Shown piece by piece: positions 5,839-15,194 of a DNA stretch of 32,000 bases. The stretch is from Candidatus Thorarchaeota archaeon (GTDB lineage: Archaea > Asgardarchaeota > Heimdallarchaeia > Hodarchaeales > Hodarchaeaceae): positions 1 to 32,000 of the forward strand of contig JBHLRO010000024.1 of the NCBI GenBank assembly GCA_048882505.1. The letters run 5' to 3'. The translations under genes were made by a program, and so were the position numbers. Numbering within the stretch: the first letter of the stretch is position 1; the number at the start of each line of letters is the position of its first letter. The notes under the pieces were generated by a model. The model was given only the letters and a program-made list of their open reading frames with translations, ran no database searches and had not been told where the DNA came from.

Positions 5839-7380
5839 GTGGTGAAAACCCGTGAATCCATTAAGAAGTCGATTTCAACAATCTTACAGCAGCTTTCTCT
5901 TCGAACCAGCGCCTATCCACCACCTGAACAGAAAAGGTTGGATGAATTACTAGAACTAATCGGTCATTACGAAGAGGCGGACTTTAGTAGAAATAAATTA
6001 GTATTACGGTTTGTTAAATATAGTGAGGGGACTTTTAAAGATGAAGAGTATCTTGGGCTTCCATTCTTATGGTTTAGTGGTACCTACTCTCAAAATGCAA
6101 AAGTGTTACTAGAACATTCCAAGTTTCATGCAATATCGTTCTATGAATTCTTAGCAAAGCATTTGCGGGGGATATTTCGTCTAGTAAACCGTTTAGAACC
6201 CTTATCTTCGATTTTATGGGAAGATTTACAATACGAAGCCAATAAATTACTCCAATATCTAACGAAAAGAGATATAGAGACTTTAAAGGTGGAATTTCGA
6301 CTTTTAAAAGAAAAAGGAGTAATTACACTAAATACACGCCAGCAAAGAGAATATATTGGGGAATATATCGAGTTTTTCAAGGACGAGACACCTTTTGTTG
6401 AGCTGAAACGTTTATTTTCTGTCGTAAACGGAAAATGGATGCTCCAATTCTTCTCCCCTGCTTTTGATCTAAGTCGTGTACTATTTCAATTCAAGATTCT
6501 CGATTCAATTCCTTTGAGTGATATAATAGACTTTTCAAATCGTAAAAACTCCACATTGACTATAAGCGATATCTACAACACGCGCGAAGATCCAAACCGA
6601 TATCTAGGATTTTTCTTTGTTCCAATTAATTGTGTTTCTGACCTTAAGACATATCTTCAGAAAATTCAGAAGAGTGGGCATATAATACTGGAAAAATATT
6701 CTTCAGTAACCGATGTTCGGAAGAATATTTCGCTACGACTTTATCAACCAGGAAGAGGCTGGCAAAACACCAGTACAACTTACCTATCTAAGTTAAAACG
6801 AATTATATTATCAATTGGACCTGACGAGCTAGAACAACAACCAAGTAGTTATCAAGATGACCTTTATATCCCTAATGCAATGAACAAAAGATGGAGCTAT
6901 CGTGATCATCCTCTTCCTCATCGATTGATAAAGTTGGTCTGTAAAATGGCAAAGGAGTTCTCCTTCATGGATTTTCCCATTGACTCTGATAGGTTAAATA
7001 AGCCGAACTCTCTCAGTATCGATCAGATCGGGCTCCTGAAACAATTATATTACAACAAAGTTGTGTATCCAGTTTTTATACCTTGGCAAATTATCGATGA
7101 ATTCTCGCTAGACAATTTCTGTGTATATATCCAGAAAATCCCATTTTCTAAGCTGGTAGAATTAATAAAAATTATCCCATTCAGTGAAGTATTTTCCACC
7201 GAAGAGTTTTTCTGCTTGTTTGGTAGATTAACACCACGACTAGTTAATTGGATTCGCTCAGATTTAGGTTGGAATGTCTATATGATCAGTAGAACACATA
7301 AAAAAGCTGCGCAGTTAAATTTTGCCTGGTTTAACAAAAGATCATTGACATGGGCGGTTCCAGAAGTTCTGGAATCTTAA
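5839..7380 (+). CDS. Hypothetical protein (513 aa), possibly with duplicated wHTH plus ferredoxin-like (Lrp/AsnC-like) halves
   Basis: Long ORF, GTG start within GAGGTG. The fold guess is weak and comes from two similar hydrophobic strand patterns (FFSPAFDLSRVLFQFKI; VFIPWQIIDEFSLDNFCVYI). Confidence 0.8.
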   Translation: MVKTRESIKKSISTILQQLSLRTSAYPPPEQKRLDELLELIGHYEEADFSRNKLVLRFVKYSEGTFKDEEYLGLPFLWFSGTYSQNAKVLLEHSKFHAISFYEFLAKHLRGIFRLVNRLEPLSSILWEDLQYEANKLLQYLTKRDIETLKVEFRLLKEKGVITLNTRQQREYIGEYIEFFKDETPFVELKRLFSVVNGKWMLQFFSPAFDLSRVLFQFKILDSIPLSDIIDFSNRKNSTLTISDIYNTREDPNRYLGFFFVPINCVSDLKTYLQKIQKSGHIILEKYSSVTDVRKNISLRLYQPGRGWQNTSTTYLSKLKRIILSIGPDELEQQPSSYQDDLYIPNAMNKRWSYRDHPLPHRLIKLVCKMAKEFSFMDFPIDSDRLNKPNSLSIDQIGLLKQLYYNKVVYPVFIPWQIIDEFSLDNFCVYIQKIPFSKLVELIKIIPFSEVFSTEEFFCLFGRLTPRLVNWIRSDLGWNVYMISRTHKKAAQLNFAWFNKRSLTWAVPEVLES

Positions 7381-8415
7381 GGAAAAAATAAAAGGGGAAA
7401 TTAGCACTAATTCCTTTCACAATCCGCCAGTTGGACCATCATTTGGAGGCATCGTTTTTCACCTACAATTGAGGATGACAGGGCTTTTAATAGTCCCTAA
7501 GTTTGGAAATGCAGAGTCATTTTGTGTCATTTTCGGTTCTCTCTCCTTCTGATAAGAATAACAACAATCAAAGCCAATTAGAAAAGGATTTGAGTAATGA
7601 ATAGGAATATAAACGTAGAATTCGACAGATAGTCTTCTACAACTACCCTTAAAATCCCCAACTTTCTTGGCATGATTGTAAGAGTCTGATCTGGTATCCT
7701 CCAAGCATCCTCTCTGATTGAATCAGGAAGGGGTCTCAATGGCGGCCCTTAATCACCAGGATTTAACTTCTCCCCCAGAACAACCAACTGGACAGTAAAG
7801 GACAGTCAGGAATACCCCTCCTGATTCTTTTTTTTTATAATAAGTTATTGATCCATAATTTGACCATGCTTTTATAAATACCTTTCACTAGCATATAAAC
7901 TTCTCTATTCCTACCTACTGCATTAGATTACTTCATAATCTCCTTTTCTGATAGATCAGTTTTTTCAGGAATCATTTTAATTGATTTCTTCAAGGTTTTT
8001 TGAATATTAAGCATACTAGCGACAAAATTGGGATGTCTGTTCTTACTTTAGTATATCATTCCAAATCTAGGCATTCAATGGCTTCTTGATAAACACAGTC
8101 CAAACCGTATCCAGAATTCAGTTTGTCATGAAGACAAAGATATGTAACTGAATCATTGGATGAAATAAAATGAAATGCTGATGGGGGAAAACATAATAAT
8201 ATTTGGGAAAAGGCTTAGATACTGTTATATTTATGGTAGGATAAGCCAGAGAATTTATAGAAAGCTGTTTACACTACCTCGATGAAAAAATCTTGAATTA
8301 AAGGCTTTTGAATTTTTATCATTCTCAAGATTTATGAAAAAAAAGCAGTTCATTCCCAAAGTTTCAGAAGCACATTCTGAACGTTACTGAAAAAAATCAA
8401 ACCCCATAACTTGAA
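7381..8415. other. Candidate replication origin (oriC) region
   Basis: About 1 kb without a convincing ORF, upstream of a co-oriented DUF6788-cdc6 pair next to DP1. AT-rich from ~7830 to 8400. G-string-containing inverted elements at 7713-7733, 7772-7793 and 7815-7827. Confidence 0.4.
7720..7836. repeat. 14-bp inverted repeat pair (one bulge) enclosing 79 bp, followed by a 9-T run
   Basis: GAATCAGGA(A)GGGGT at 7720-7734 versus ACCCCTCCTGATTC at 7814-7827; T run at 7828-7836. Confidence 0.8.
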
Positions 8416-8772
8416 ATGACTGTTGTTCTGAGAAACATGGCGTCCATAATTGCAAAGTGGCAGAAATGTGGTAAATCTACGTGCCGCTGCAAATCGGGGG
8501 CACTGCACGGGCCCTACTTTTGGTTAATCACGTACGTGTCTAGGAAAGCAGAACATCCGCAAAAGGGGCGGTACAGCTGGAAGTACCTGGGCAAACATCC
8601 TGAAACCGCGTGGATCCGACTTAAAGAAATCGATGAGCGTTTCGATCAACAATATGATCTACAGGATCTAAAGAACAAAATAACGGATATGATACAGATC
8701 CGAAAAGTTCAAAGAGACATTTCGGTTACTGAACCGGTTTTGGTTGTGGATGAACCTGGTTTGAACCATTGA
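8416..8772 (+). CDS. DUF6788-like small Zn-binding protein
   Basis: KCGKSTCRCKSGALHGPYFWL and YLGK are the hallmark motifs of this family. Confidence 0.75.
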   Translation: MTVVLRNMASIIAKWQKCGKSTCRCKSGALHGPYFWLITYVSRKAEHPQKGRYSWKYLGKHPETAWIRLKEIDERFDQQYDLQDLKNKITDMIQIRKVQRDISVTEPVLVVDEPGLNH

Positions 8773-8958
8773 ACATTAGGGTCTATTTTGGCCGCTATAC
8801 GATGCGTACATCCGAGAATGGCCCAAATTTTCTAGGGGACCCCGACGAAATAATACCATGGTGTGTTAATGATTCTTATATGTACAGTGGAAATAGAGCC
8901 ATTGCGAATGGAACCCGTGGATCGGGTAGCCTTCAACGGTCGGTTATGAGGAATTCAA

Positions 8959-10215
8959 ATGGCACAATTAGACCGCACGTCAGGGGATAGAAATCGTGAA
9001 GAACCGGAGGTCACGTTAGACGATATTTTTGAAGGATATTTGAAGCAACCCAAGCTGTTCACCAACCGCGATGCGCTTGAGAGTTCGTTTGTCCCAGAAA
9101 ACTTACCCCACCGGACTGAACAAATCAAACAGCTCGGATATATCCTAGCATCGGTGCTTCGTGGGGCCAAACCGAGCAATATCCTGTGTTTTGGGAAAAC
9201 TGGCACAGGGAAAACGGCCGTCTCTAAATATGTCTTGAATAGTTTGGGGAAAAAGGCACCACAGCATGGCCTAAGAATTGAAGTAGCATATATGAACTGT
9301 AATTCCGTTGACACTAATTATCGGGTTTTCGCGGACTTATGCAGTTCCTTGGGGGTTGAGGTGCCATTTACTGGGCTTGCCACGGATGAAGTATTTACAC
9401 GGTTCAAACGGGGTTTAGATCAGCGGCATTCATTGTTTATTGTCGTTCTTGACGAAATTGATTCGTTGGTGAAAAAATCAGGGAATGAAACCCTTTACAA
9501 TCTAACCCGTATTAATACTGATCTCACCAGAGCCAAAGTGAGTCTAATTGGGATCTCGAATGACCTGAAGTTTAAAGAATACCTGGATCCTAGGGTACTT
9601 TCCTCGTTGTCGGAGGAGGAGATTGTTTTCAAACCTTATGAGGCACCTGAAATTATGGATATTCTGATCGACCGTGCAAAGTTGGCGTTCAAAGAAAATG
9701 TCCTATTGGAGGGGGTCCTCAATATGATTGCCGCGATCGCTGCCCAGGAACACGGTGACGCACGTCGGGCTATTGATCTGTTACGAGTATCTGCAGAAAC
9801 CGCGGAACGGGAAGGCAGTGAACAAATCCTTCAAAGACATGTCAAGATCGCCCAGGGTGCCATAGAGAGGAACACAATCACGGAAGTGTGTGCGTCTCTG
9901 CCACTCCAATCTAAGATAGTTATCTCTTCAATTTATCTCTTGGAGAGCACCCAGGAGACGTCTCAAACGGTGTCCACTGGTGATGTTTATGACGAATATG
10001 TCCGTTTGTGTCGAGAAACGGGGATGGATTCCCTAACACAACGTCGGGTAGGGGATCTCATTAATGAGCTTGACGCCCTAGGCATAATTAGTGCCCGAGT
10101 CGTTTCACGAGGACGTCATGGACGGACAAAAGAGATACGTATATCAGTACCCCGCCCGTTGGTGGCAAAAATATTGCGAGAAGACAAAATCATTGGAAAA
10201 AGGATAACCAACTAG
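8959..10215 (+). CDS. cdc6: Orc1/Cdc6 replication initiator
   Basis: F+PENLPHRTEQI, Walker A GKTGTGKT, Walker B VVLDEID, sensor GDARRAIDLLR, C-terminal wHTH with SRGRHGRTKEI. Confidence 0.97.
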   Translation: MAQLDRTSGDRNREEPEVTLDDIFEGYLKQPKLFTNRDALESSFVPENLPHRTEQIKQLGYILASVLRGAKPSNILCFGKTGTGKTAVSKYVLNSLGKKAPQHGLRIEVAYMNCNSVDTNYRVFADLCSSLGVEVPFTGLATDEVFTRFKRGLDQRHSLFIVVLDEIDSLVKKSGNETLYNLTRINTDLTRAKVSLIGISNDLKFKEYLDPRVLSSLSEEEIVFKPYEAPEIMDILIDRAKLAFKENVLLEGVLNMIAAIAAQEHGDARRAIDLLRVSAETAEREGSEQILQRHVKIAQGAIERNTITEVCASLPLQSKIVISSIYLLESTQETSQTVSTGDVYDEYVRLCRETGMDSLTQRRVGDLINELDALGIISARVVSRGRHGRTKEIRISVPRPLVAKILREDKIIGKRITN

Positions 10216-10268
10216 CATTGGTTTCAATAAATGCAGGAAATCCGCTTGAAAGAGAGCAGGTCTCACGA

Positions 10269-11840
10269 TTAGGAGGGAATTATACGCATTTTTCTAAGAT
10301 CGATCATGGTAATTTGACCAGTTTGGGTGTCTAAAATATGGACAACCCCTACTGATGTTTTCTGTGGGGTTTTCAAATGGTCTGGGCCCTTACCTTGAAA
10401 TGTACCACAAGCGATTATTTTGACTCCTTTGTACTCGGCCATTGATGCTTGGTGGCTGTGCCCGACCACGAGTATTTCTGGGACCCGATCAATGACAAGA
10501 TAGTCCCGTTTTGCAGGTACAAGCGGAATAGTGACTCCATACTCCGGAGCCAAATGCCGATATTCTAATAATTGTTGAATGCTCGAAATAGGATTGATCG
10601 GATCGAGTTGTTCAAGCCCTTGTCCATGGTAGACTAGGAGGTTCAGACCATCGATTATCACGCGAAGCGGGTTACCATGAGTGAGTACGTTCGGAAGGGA
10701 AAAAATCGAATTTCCTACTTCTCGATCAATAGCAGGCTGTGGTAAGGCCATTTGGGTGGCATCATGCTCTCCTGGGATTACTATTATCTGAATGTAAGAA
10801 GGAATTTTAGAGAATAGAGCTGATAAGCCATCATATTGAGCTTGAAGGGAAGATACACTCAAATTGGCTTGCTGGTCAGGAAATTGCCCAACTCCGTCAC
10901 AAAGATCCCCCGCAACAATAACAACTTTGATATCCTGGGCTATTGCAACCAGATCGGGGGGTAGGTCATCCAACTGAACCAATTTTACTAAGTTGGCAAA
11001 AGCCCGTGTGGCGAAAGATTTGGCCCCATAGTGAATATCTGCAAGAAACAAGATTTTTCCAGAACGGGGATTCTGTTGAAATCGGATAGGAGTGAGACCA
11101 GGCCGAATCACATCTTTTCCCCAAAAGGCAGTAATAGCTCCCTCCTCATACTTCTTGGGTAGATCTCCCGCAACCCCGATCACGGTATCACGGAGAATTT
11201 CGTGATACTCTGGAAAAGATGTACTCTCTTGAACCATGACACATCGAGTAAGTATTTCATCAGTAGGATCTTCTAACTGGATAACAAACTTACCCGTATG
11301 TAATACCCCCGTATCTTGCACCATCCCAATCAAGATTCCGCTTTTGTCAAGAGGAACTTCCTGTATCGTCAGATTTCGGCCAAGAATCCGTCCTTGATCT
11401 GTTAGTTGATCCCTTATGATTCTTGAGAGTCGCTGAAACCTGTCAAGAAACAAATTCCGAAACGTGTCAACGTCGACGGGATCAGAAAGGGAAGTCGGGA
11501 TATCGAGATCAATAACAATTTCGGGTAGAGAGGGGGGTTTCTTTGGAGCAGAGAGTTGAGGTGTTTGTGTTGTTGAAATCTGGCCAGAATTAGTGGTTGA
11601 TAAGACTTGCTCTGTAGAAGCTATTTCACGATCTTTTGATATCTCAGAATTGTGTTTAGTTGTCGCCAAGACTTCCTGAATGACAGGGACGGTTACAACA
11701 GGGATTTCTTGAGGTAATTGGGAAACCAGAGTCTTTATTTGGCTTTTGGAGAGGGAACTGTTTCTTAGATAATCGAGAACCTCGCCTGTGACATTGAACC
11801 TGTGTTTCAAGAACAGAGCGATTAGTTCACCTCGATCCAT
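10269..11840 (-). CDS. polB: DNA polymerase D small subunit DP1 (OB fold plus calcineurin-like phosphoesterase), diverged
   Basis: F+DRF.RL motif; OB fold LIGMVQD..IQLEDPT; motifs DIHYG, AGDLCDGVG, PGEHD, YHG, GHSH; HLAP.YG. Symbol is the archaeal DP1 (polD1) usage. Confidence 0.88.
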   Translation of the reverse strand: MDRGELIALFLKHRFNVTGEVLDYLRNSSLSKSQIKTLVSQLPQEIPVVTVPVIQEVLATTKHNSEISKDREIASTEQVLSTTNSGQISTTQTPQLSAPKKPPSLPEIVIDLDIPTSLSDPVDVDTFRNLFLDRFQRLSRIIRDQLTDQGRILGRNLTIQEVPLDKSGILIGMVQDTGVLHTGKFVIQLEDPTDEILTRCVMVQESTSFPEYHEILRDTVIGVAGDLPKKYEEGAITAFWGKDVIRPGLTPIRFQQNPRSGKILFLADIHYGAKSFATRAFANLVKLVQLDDLPPDLVAIAQDIKVVIVAGDLCDGVGQFPDQQANLSVSSLQAQYDGLSALFSKIPSYIQIIVIPGEHDATQMALPQPAIDREVGNSIFSLPNVLTHGNPLRVIIDGLNLLVYHGQGLEQLDPINPISSIQQLLEYRHLAPEYGVTIPLVPAKRDYLVIDRVPEILVVGHSHQASMAEYKGVKIIACGTFQGKGPDHLKTPQKTSVGVVHILDTQTGQITMIDLRKMRIIPS

Positions 11841-11926
11841 ACTGCTGACGATCCTGACTTCTTAATAACCATCCTATCCCACGTATCTGAACATAAGTTC
11901 CTTTTATTATTTTTCTCCATGGTACG

Positions 11927-11951
11927 GGCTGCCCTCGCTTAGAGGGCAGTC
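11927..11951 (-). terminator. GC-rich hairpin between aglB and the DP1 gene
   Basis: GGCTGCCCTC-GCTTA-GAGGGCAGTC (plus strand), 10-bp stem. Function not established. Confidence 0.35.
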
Positions 11952-12010
11952 GGAACATCAGCTCACTCCATGTACTTAAAATAGTCGTAATTTATGTGAA
12001 AGAAGAAAGA

Positions 12011-14176
12011 TTATGGAGCAATGGCACCTGGTGGAATGGCGTCCCACTTAATTCTCCAAATATAAACCCAATCATGAGAGGTTTTATATGCCAACTCATA
12101 ATAGTCGGCGTATTCCGCATAATCCGGGGAAAATCCTTTATCCGCGGGAGCATTATCTGAAATGGGAGCATAGCTGGTGATTCGATCATATGTGGCCTGC
12201 TCGACTTCAGCGGTGTATAAGGCCCAAAAGACCGAGTCATAGAATTTGTTGACATACCCTTCAATGAATTGACCCCGTGAATCATAGGCTAGGTAATCGT
12301 TTTGGGTGATATGGACAATGTTGCCATTTTTTTCGCCAATCCTTACAAACCAAGGAACTTTGCCTAGGTCTGAATCCAAGCCTTGAGCTCCGAACCCATC
12401 CGAAACCAATAGTACAATATATGAGATATCATAAATCTTGGCGATCTTGAGACTTTCGCGAGGGTTTAAAACCAGCATGCAGCCGATATTGGCAATTTTG
12501 GTACTATTGATAGTCGCATTATCCACAAGAATCGTCGTATTCGAGTTCCCACTGATCCAATACCCATAGTCCCACCACGAAGCTACGGTGCCATCATTAA
12601 TAGTGACTTGATAATCGAGCCATCCGATGGCTTCTTGCCAATCATTCCCTACGATCAATCTATTCTCTTCTACAACAAGAGTGAGAATCGAAGGTGCATG
12701 AGTACTTTGGACCGCCGCATCGCTAGCCAGCATTATCGAGGAAAGTAGGAAGAGGCCGATGAAGGCAAAGGCGATGGCTGTATGCTCATTAGTCAGGGGT
12801 TGGCTAATACGGGTTTTTCGCCGAGAAAGGGCAAATCGTTCTTGAAAAGTGAACACAAAGGGGAGTAGGGTTTGATCCACTCCTTTCGCTATGAGGAGGG
12901 CCGCTGCTGGGGCTAAAATAAGAGCCAGTCGTACCATACTTCCCGCGAAGAAAATAGCCGTAACCCCAAAGAGTAACAACAAGATATTCTTCTCCGTTGG
13001 CTGTTCCCAGAGATAATACATGCTAAGAGGTACGAAAACAATAATTATGCCGATATTATTGAAAAAAGCCAGCCAAGTGGCGATTTGATGCTCAGCAACG
13101 GATTTGAGAATCGGGGTTTCATCTCGATAGAACGGAAGCAGAACCGTGATAAACTTGGAAGATAAACTGGTCAGAACCCCAGTCAACAGAAGAATGATGG
13201 TTCCGATCCCAGCAAGGATAATTAGATATGGAATGAGAGGGCGGATTCGATCATAAACTGAAGAAGTGTCATAGTATTCACTAATATAGTTCCATAACGC
13301 CACTAAGACAAGGAATCCCACCACCCCCAGGGGAATCAAGCCATCCGTTGACACGAGCGATCGGGGACCATTCCGTGGGATAAGAACCATGATTAAATCG
13401 CCAATGAGGATGGCGCCCGAATATGATATCAGCAATCGATCCGAATATTTCTTGAGAAGAACCAGTATGAAGGCAAACAGCGCCAAGAGGTTAAAGACAT
13501 AGGTGGAAGCCCCCCAAGAGCCCGACATTACTCCAAGTGAAATGCCTGCCAAAATAGTGGTGATTATGGAACCCGTTCTTAAGGATCGGGCGAAGAAATA
13601 GAGGGATATAACCAATAACAGGATGCCTAGGCCTTCATTATCGAAAAAACCCGCAACAGTGCGTTGAAGATGGCCCGCTGAGACCGATAATAGCAAGGCA
13701 GACAGAATCCCGACCTTTTTATTGGCCAGCTCCTTGCCCAAAAAGTATATCGCGATCGTAGTTAACGATCCTGTGATGGCTGGTTGGAAATAACACATCA
13801 CTCTTAGCGGAACATCGATTCCTAAAACGAGGGCTAATTCGTGAAGGAGGACAGCCGAGAGGGGAGTACCGATGTATTGAGATCTACCCCAGAAACGGCC
13901 TTCAGGATACCAGGTCTGGTAGTCCACCCAAGAAAAAAAGTCGAACAATCCGTGCTCAGAGATGTACTCGGCCGCCCGTAACTGAGAGTAGGGATCGTTG
14001 GCAGAAAGGATCACCTCATACCGAAAAAAAGGCAAAATTCGCAGTATGAAAGCTATCACAAAGATAAGAACCAGAGAGGAGTAGAGAAGGATATGTTGTC
14101 TGGTAAGGGTTGTTGTTGCAAAATTATACCGAGTTCTGAGGTCATCGGTAATTCTAGATGTAAGACTAGGCGACAA
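12011..14176 (-). CDS. aglB: Oligosaccharyltransferase AglB/STT3
   Basis: About 13 TM segments, NDPY, GFFDNE, SVAEHQ, WWDYG and DNATINS motifs. Confidence 0.96.
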   Translation of the reverse strand: MSPSLTSRITDDLRTRYNFATTTLTRQHILLYSSLVLIFVIAFILRILPFFRYEVILSANDPYSQLRAAEYISEHGLFDFFSWVDYQTWYPEGRFWGRSQYIGTPLSAVLLHELALVLGIDVPLRVMCYFQPAITGSLTTIAIYFLGKELANKKVGILSALLLSVSAGHLQRTVAGFFDNEGLGILLLVISLYFFARSLRTGSIITTILAGISLGVMSGSWGASTYVFNLLALFAFILVLLKKYSDRLLISYSGAILIGDLIMVLIPRNGPRSLVSTDGLIPLGVVGFLVLVALWNYISEYYDTSSVYDRIRPLIPYLIILAGIGTIILLLTGVLTSLSSKFITVLLPFYRDETPILKSVAEHQIATWLAFFNNIGIIIVFVPLSMYYLWEQPTEKNILLLLFGVTAIFFAGSMVRLALILAPAAALLIAKGVDQTLLPFVFTFQERFALSRRKTRISQPLTNEHTAIAFAFIGLFLLSSIMLASDAAVQSTHAPSILTLVVEENRLIVGNDWQEAIGWLDYQVTINDGTVASWWDYGYWISGNSNTTILVDNATINSTKIANIGCMLVLNPRESLKIAKIYDISYIVLLVSDGFGAQGLDSDLGKVPWFVRIGEKNGNIVHITQNDYLAYDSRGQFIEGYVNKFYDSVFWALYTAEVEQATYDRITSYAPISDNAPADKGFSPDYAEYADYYELAYKTSHDWVYIWRIKWDAIPPGAIAP

Positions 14177-14384
14177 AATGGTTCACCGAGATGGATCTAA
14201 ACGGGTACCCTCGGATGTTACGGGATATCTGATTTCCTGTTAAAGATAACGAAATGCTTGATGAATGATCTGCCTTTTCATTTTGTTTTTTGTTTTTTGC
14301 AGTTCGATGTTCTTTTAGATAGTTCTTTTTACACGATGTCAGGGTAAATTGAAAGTTATTCACTAAATAAATGCAGTTGTAAAG

Positions 14385-14744
14385 GTGCTATTCGTGACGA
14401 AACCATCGATTACCCCAGATATTGATCTAGAGTTGTTCGAACTTAAATTTCCTGGCAAAATCATAGGTAAAGCAGTCATAGATGCCAATGCACAGATGAT
14501 TGGGGTAATCCGTAATGTTAGAGTTCAAATTGGATCAACAACAACCGTGACGAGCTTAACGATCAAAGGCTTGAATACTGAATTTGAAATAAAGTCAGAA
14601 GATATCAAAGCAATCGGGAATGTCGTCAATTTAAATGTCACCATCAAGCACTCCGAACCCATAGAGGTCCAAGATGTTATCCGCTTACGTAATGAAATCC
14701 AAGAGGAACTCCTCCATTTCTATCAGGTGATCCAGCCCCGATGA
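14385..14744 (+). CDS. PRC-barrel domain protein
   Basis: KIIGKAVIDANAQMIGVIRNVRV...IKSEDIKAIGNVVNL is a typical PRC-barrel pattern; C-terminal helix. Start codon uncertain. Confidence 0.7.
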   Translation: MLFVTKPSITPDIDLELFELKFPGKIIGKAVIDANAQMIGVIRNVRVQIGSTTTVTSLTIKGLNTEFEIKSEDIKAIGNVVNLNVTIKHSEPIEVQDVIRLRNEIQEELLHFYQVIQPR

Positions 14745-14750
14745 CAAGGC

Positions 14751-15122
14751 TTATTGATCGAAATTGGCGATCTTTAATGTAATGTCTACTATAGTGTCAA
14801 TTGTTTGAATAATACGCTTGAGTTCGTCCAAAGATTCCGTAGCAGCTAGCTGATGACCTAGGGCAAGGAGTTTTCCTACAAGAATGTCTTGCAACAGTTC
14901 AATTGTCTCACCAAGGGAATATCTATGCTCAATTTGCTTTGCCTCTGCATCTGATCGTGCAAAAACCGCTTCTCTATTACATTTAGGACAAAAAATCTTG
15001 TTTTCTTTCTTGAAGAGGGGAACATGACAGTCCGGGCAGGCATCTGATAACATTGTTGCTCCTGTGAGAAGTAATGAACTCATACGTGCAATGGGATCAG
15101 ATTCTGAGGGTTCTTTTGCCAT
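14751..15122 (-). CDS. UPF0148 / Sjogren-scleroderma autoantigen p27 family Zn-ribbon protein
   Basis: LLLTGATMLSDACPDCHVPLFK...IFCPKC followed by a coiled C-terminus. Confidence 0.88.
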   Translation of the reverse strand: MAKEPSESDPIARMSSLLLTGATMLSDACPDCHVPLFKKENKIFCPKCNREAVFARSDAEAKQIEHRYSLGETIELLQDILVGKLLALGHQLAATESLDELKRIIQTIDTIVDITLKIANFDQ

Positions 15123-15194
15123 AGTGGACGCCTCCTTTTACATGATTCTTTCTAGGTTCCGGTATTAATATAATATTAACATCAATCCATACCA

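Noticed and set aside
7459-7704. 81-aa minus-strand ORF
   Set aside because: No motif, atypical composition, and it lies in the likely regulatory/origin region.
7700-7830. TPP-riboswitch or 5S rRNA resemblance on the minus strand (AGGGGT...TGAGACCCC..CCTGAT; GAAGTTAA)
   Set aside because: The junction lengths, P5 stem, GCG motif and P1 of TPP are missing, and there is no CCGAAC or 5S helix pattern.
1978-8415. Canonical CRISPR array
   Set aside because: No run of three or more near-identical 25-40-nt repeats with regular spacers was seen; only degenerate units.
8769-8990. 73-aa ORF bridging DUF6788 and cdc6
   Set aside because: TTG start, overlaps cdc6 by 32 nt, no recognisable features.
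14166-14363. 65-aa ORF upstream of aglB
   Set aside because: Derived from low-complexity T-rich intergenic/promoter DNA.
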